46,155 nt of DNA from Meiothermus sp. (GTDB lineage Bacteria > Deinococcota > Deinococci > Deinococcales > Thermaceae), in assembly GCA_033762915.1 (NCBI GenBank), contig JANRLD010000023.1:1-46155 (forward strand), read 5' to 3'. The notes beneath the pieces were generated by a model that was given only the letters and a program-made list of their open reading frames with translations, did no database searches and had not been told where the DNA came from. Shown in pieces: positions 43,963 through 46,155 of this stretch. How positions within the stretch are numbered: position 1 is the stretch's first letter; each line of letters opens with the position of its first letter. A program made the position numbers and the translations under genes.

Positions 43963-46155
43963 GTGAGGGTTTCCGTCTTTCCGTCGTCGCACCATCGCCG
44001 TGCCTGCTTAGCCGTGATAGTCCTACTGCTGGCCGCCTGCGGCACGCCCGGGCCCGGTCGCCCACCCGAGGCACGTCCACAGATCCTCGGTGGGGTGGGC
44101 TTGGACGCGGCCTACTACAACAGCTCGAATTTCTCGGGCCGCCCGGTGCGGCAGATCGACACACTGATTGAGTTCAACTGGGGCAGCGTGCCGCCCGCCA
44201 TCGGGATGCGCGGCGGGGAGTTCAGTGCCCGCTGGACGGGTTCGCTGACGCCGCAATACTCCGAGAGATACACCCTGCATCTCGGGACGGTGGGCGAGGC
44301 CTGGCTCTGGCTGGACGACCGTCTGATCCTCCAGCCCGGCCAACCCAGCGCCACCCTCGAGCTTTCCAACACCCGCGCCTACGCACTAAGACTGGAGTTC
44401 CGAAAAACCCAGCCGGAGGCCCGGCTGCGACTGGAGTGGGAGTCCGCCAGTCATAAGCGGAGCGTTGTGGCCCAAAAACACTTCGACCCCGGCGGACGCC
44501 TGAGCGCCCAGCAGGTATCAGCGCTGGCCGTGCCTGCCGGACAGAACCTGCTGCTCAACCCCGACTTTGAGGGCGGTGACGGCGGCTGGCTGGCCTCGGC
44601 CTCAAGCAACTTCCAAGTGGTTGCGCCGGGTCGGAGCAGGGCGGGTCAGGCGGCATCGGCCACCAACTGGGGCTGGGTGCAGCAAAACTTGCCCTTCACC
44701 TCAATTGAGGGAGGGGCGACATACACCCTCGAGGGCTGGGGCCGCTCGGTTGCGGGCCGGGCCTGCACCATGGGTCTGGCGGGCGGCAACGCGGTGGGCG
44801 ACACCTTCCGCGAGACCCTGGTGTTTGAAGAAGACTGGGCGCTGAAAAGCGCCTCGAGGGTCGTCCCGGTGGGCACAGTCTGGGTGGCGGTGTACCTCAG
44901 TACCAGCACAACCGAGTGCCAATTCGACGACCTCAGCCTGCGGATCGGCGATAACCTCCCACCCCCGCAGCGTACCAACGCCAACGTGCTGAACAACAGC
45001 GATTTCGAGAACGGAACCGGCGGCTGGGACGTGCTGCCCGTCAGCGCGGGCAGCACCGGTGCGGGCTTTCTGGGCAGTTCGCTGAGCATCTCGAGCTGGG
45101 CCTGGGTCCAGCAAGACGTGGCGGTGGGCAAGCTCAATCTGGGCCAGAACTACATCCTGCGGGCCGCCGCCAAGGCCGAAAACGGTGCGCGCTGCACGGT
45201 GGGCTTAGTAGGGGCTAGCAGCAGTGAGATCAGCTTCAGCCGCACCCTGGCCTTTGGCGAGAGCCGCTGGAGCGAGCAAGGCCTGCTGCAAAACATCCCC
45301 CAGGGCACCGTCTGGGTGGCGGTCTATTTGTCCACCACGGCGGAGCAATGTGCCTTCGACCAGTTGGCGCTCGAGCCTCAAAACGCCGACGAGCTACCCA
45401 ACCCCGACAGTTTCTCCCCCACCTATAGCCACGCCGCCCCAACCGCCCTCAGCCTGACCTGGGGTGCAGTCAGTCAGGCCTCGAGCTACGTGCTCGAGCG
45501 CCGTTCGGCCAACACCAGCTACAGCACCTTGGCCACCCTCACCGCCACTAGCTACACCGATACGGTGACCCCTGAGACTTTCTACGCTTACCGCCTGCGA
45601 GCCGTGCGTGGGGGGCAGACCAGCAGTGGCCTCGAGCTGCGCTTCACTACCCCGCCTGCCGGCCCTAACGGCGGCACACAAGCCGGCAGTCGGGGCTTCT
45701 TCGGGTCGCTGTTTAACTGGCCGGTGATCCCCATCCACGCCGCACTACTGCCAGACGGGCGGGTTTTCAGCTACGGAACCCGAACCACTGGGCAGCAGGG
45801 GGCATCGGTGGATTACACGGTATGGAACCCCTCGAGGGGCACTGGGCCGAACAGCCACATCCGCTACAGCAACGCCACCGGAACCGACATCTTCTGCTCC
45901 TCACAACTCCTACTGGCTAACGGCAACGTGCTGGTAGTGGGCGGCGACATTGTGGCCGCCAACGGAAACACCACCAACCTGGGCAACCCCGACATCACCA
46001 TTTTCAATCCTCTGGACGACTCCCTTGTAAAGTCTCCGCTGCAAATGCTGCGCGGCCGCTGGTACTCCACCGCCACCATGCTTGCCAATGGAGAGGTGCT
46101 GATTACCGGCGGAAAGGACGCGACCAACGCCTCGAGTCAGGTTCCCGAGATCTAC
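43963..46155 (+). CDS. Multidomain copper-radical oxidase lipoprotein: PA14, two CBM-like repeats, FN3, Kelch oxidase (3' partial)
   Basis: Manual translation from GTG 43963 (TAACCT 7 nt upstream): lipobox LAAC, GLDAAYYN..FSARWTG (PA14), NLLLNPDFE / NVLNNSDFE repeats, FN3, WPVIPIHAALLPDGRV, TDIFCS, RWYS; open to window end so absent from the ORF track. Confidence 0.9.
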   Translation, partial: MRVSVFPSSHHRRACLAVIVLLLAACGTPGPGRPPEARPQILGGVGLDAAYYNSSNFSGRPVRQIDTLIEFNWGSVPPAIGMRGGEFSARWTGSLTPQYSERYTLHLGTVGEAWLWLDDRLILQPGQPSATLELSNTRAYALRLEFRKTQPEARLRLEWESASHKRSVVAQKHFDPGGRLSAQQVSALAVPAGQNLLLNPDFEGGDGGWLASASSNFQVVAPGRSRAGQAASATNWGWVQQNLPFTSIEGGATYTLEGWGRSVAGRACTMGLAGGNAVGDTFRETLVFEEDWALKSASRVVPVGTVWVAVYLSTSTTECQFDDLSLRIGDNLPPPQRTNANVLNNSDFENGTGGWDVLPVSAGSTGAGFLGSSLSISSWAWVQQDVAVGKLNLGQNYILRAAAKAENGARCTVGLVGASSSEISFSRTLAFGESRWSEQGLLQNIPQGTVWVAVYLSTTAEQCAFDQLALEPQNADELPNPDSFSPTYSHAAPTALSLTWGAVSQASSYVLERRSANTSYSTLATLTATSYTDTVTPETFYAYRLRAVRGGQTSSGLELRFTTPPAGPNGGTQAGSRGFFGSLFNWPVIPIHAALLPDGRVFSYGTRTTGQQGASVDYTVWNPSRGTGPNSHIRYSNATGTDIFCSSQLLLANGNVLVVGGDIVAANGNTTNLGNPDITIFNPLDDSLVKSPLQMLRGRWYSTATMLANGEVLITGGKDATNASSQVPEIY

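Overview
GC-rich bacterial chromosome segment, most likely Deinococcota (Meiothermus-like Thermaceae). This is inferred from the short Thermus-type IF2, fused SecDF, frequent leaderless genes and heavy CTCGAG over-representation. Core genes: uvrA, rimP-nusA-ylxR-infB, secDF, fabI, aceB with a divergent IclR regulator, acyl-CoA dehydrogenase and an S1-domain protein. Accessory and surface genes: a PKD-repeat lipoprotein (partial, not in the ORF track), an M23 peptidase, a 7TM-PAS-GGDEF cyclase, an orphan family-5 ABC binding protein and three copper-radical-oxidase (galactose/glyoxal oxidase-like) lipoproteins, the third partial and not in the ORF track. No rRNA, tRNA, CRISPR array or transposase was seen, and the first ~210 nt look like an assembly artefact. 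Strongest hunt candidates: (1) a leaderless two-TM uORF ending LQTDGG plus a perfect hairpin directly upstream of secDF, a candidate new translation-arrest monitoring peptide; (2) a ~280-nt highly structured, C/U-rich candidate ncRNA at 24414-24697; (3) an RDRM-like (DdrO-type) palindrome on the uvrA -35 box; (4) a structured aceB leader containing a 37-aa uORF; (5) the cluster of three copper-radical oxidases.
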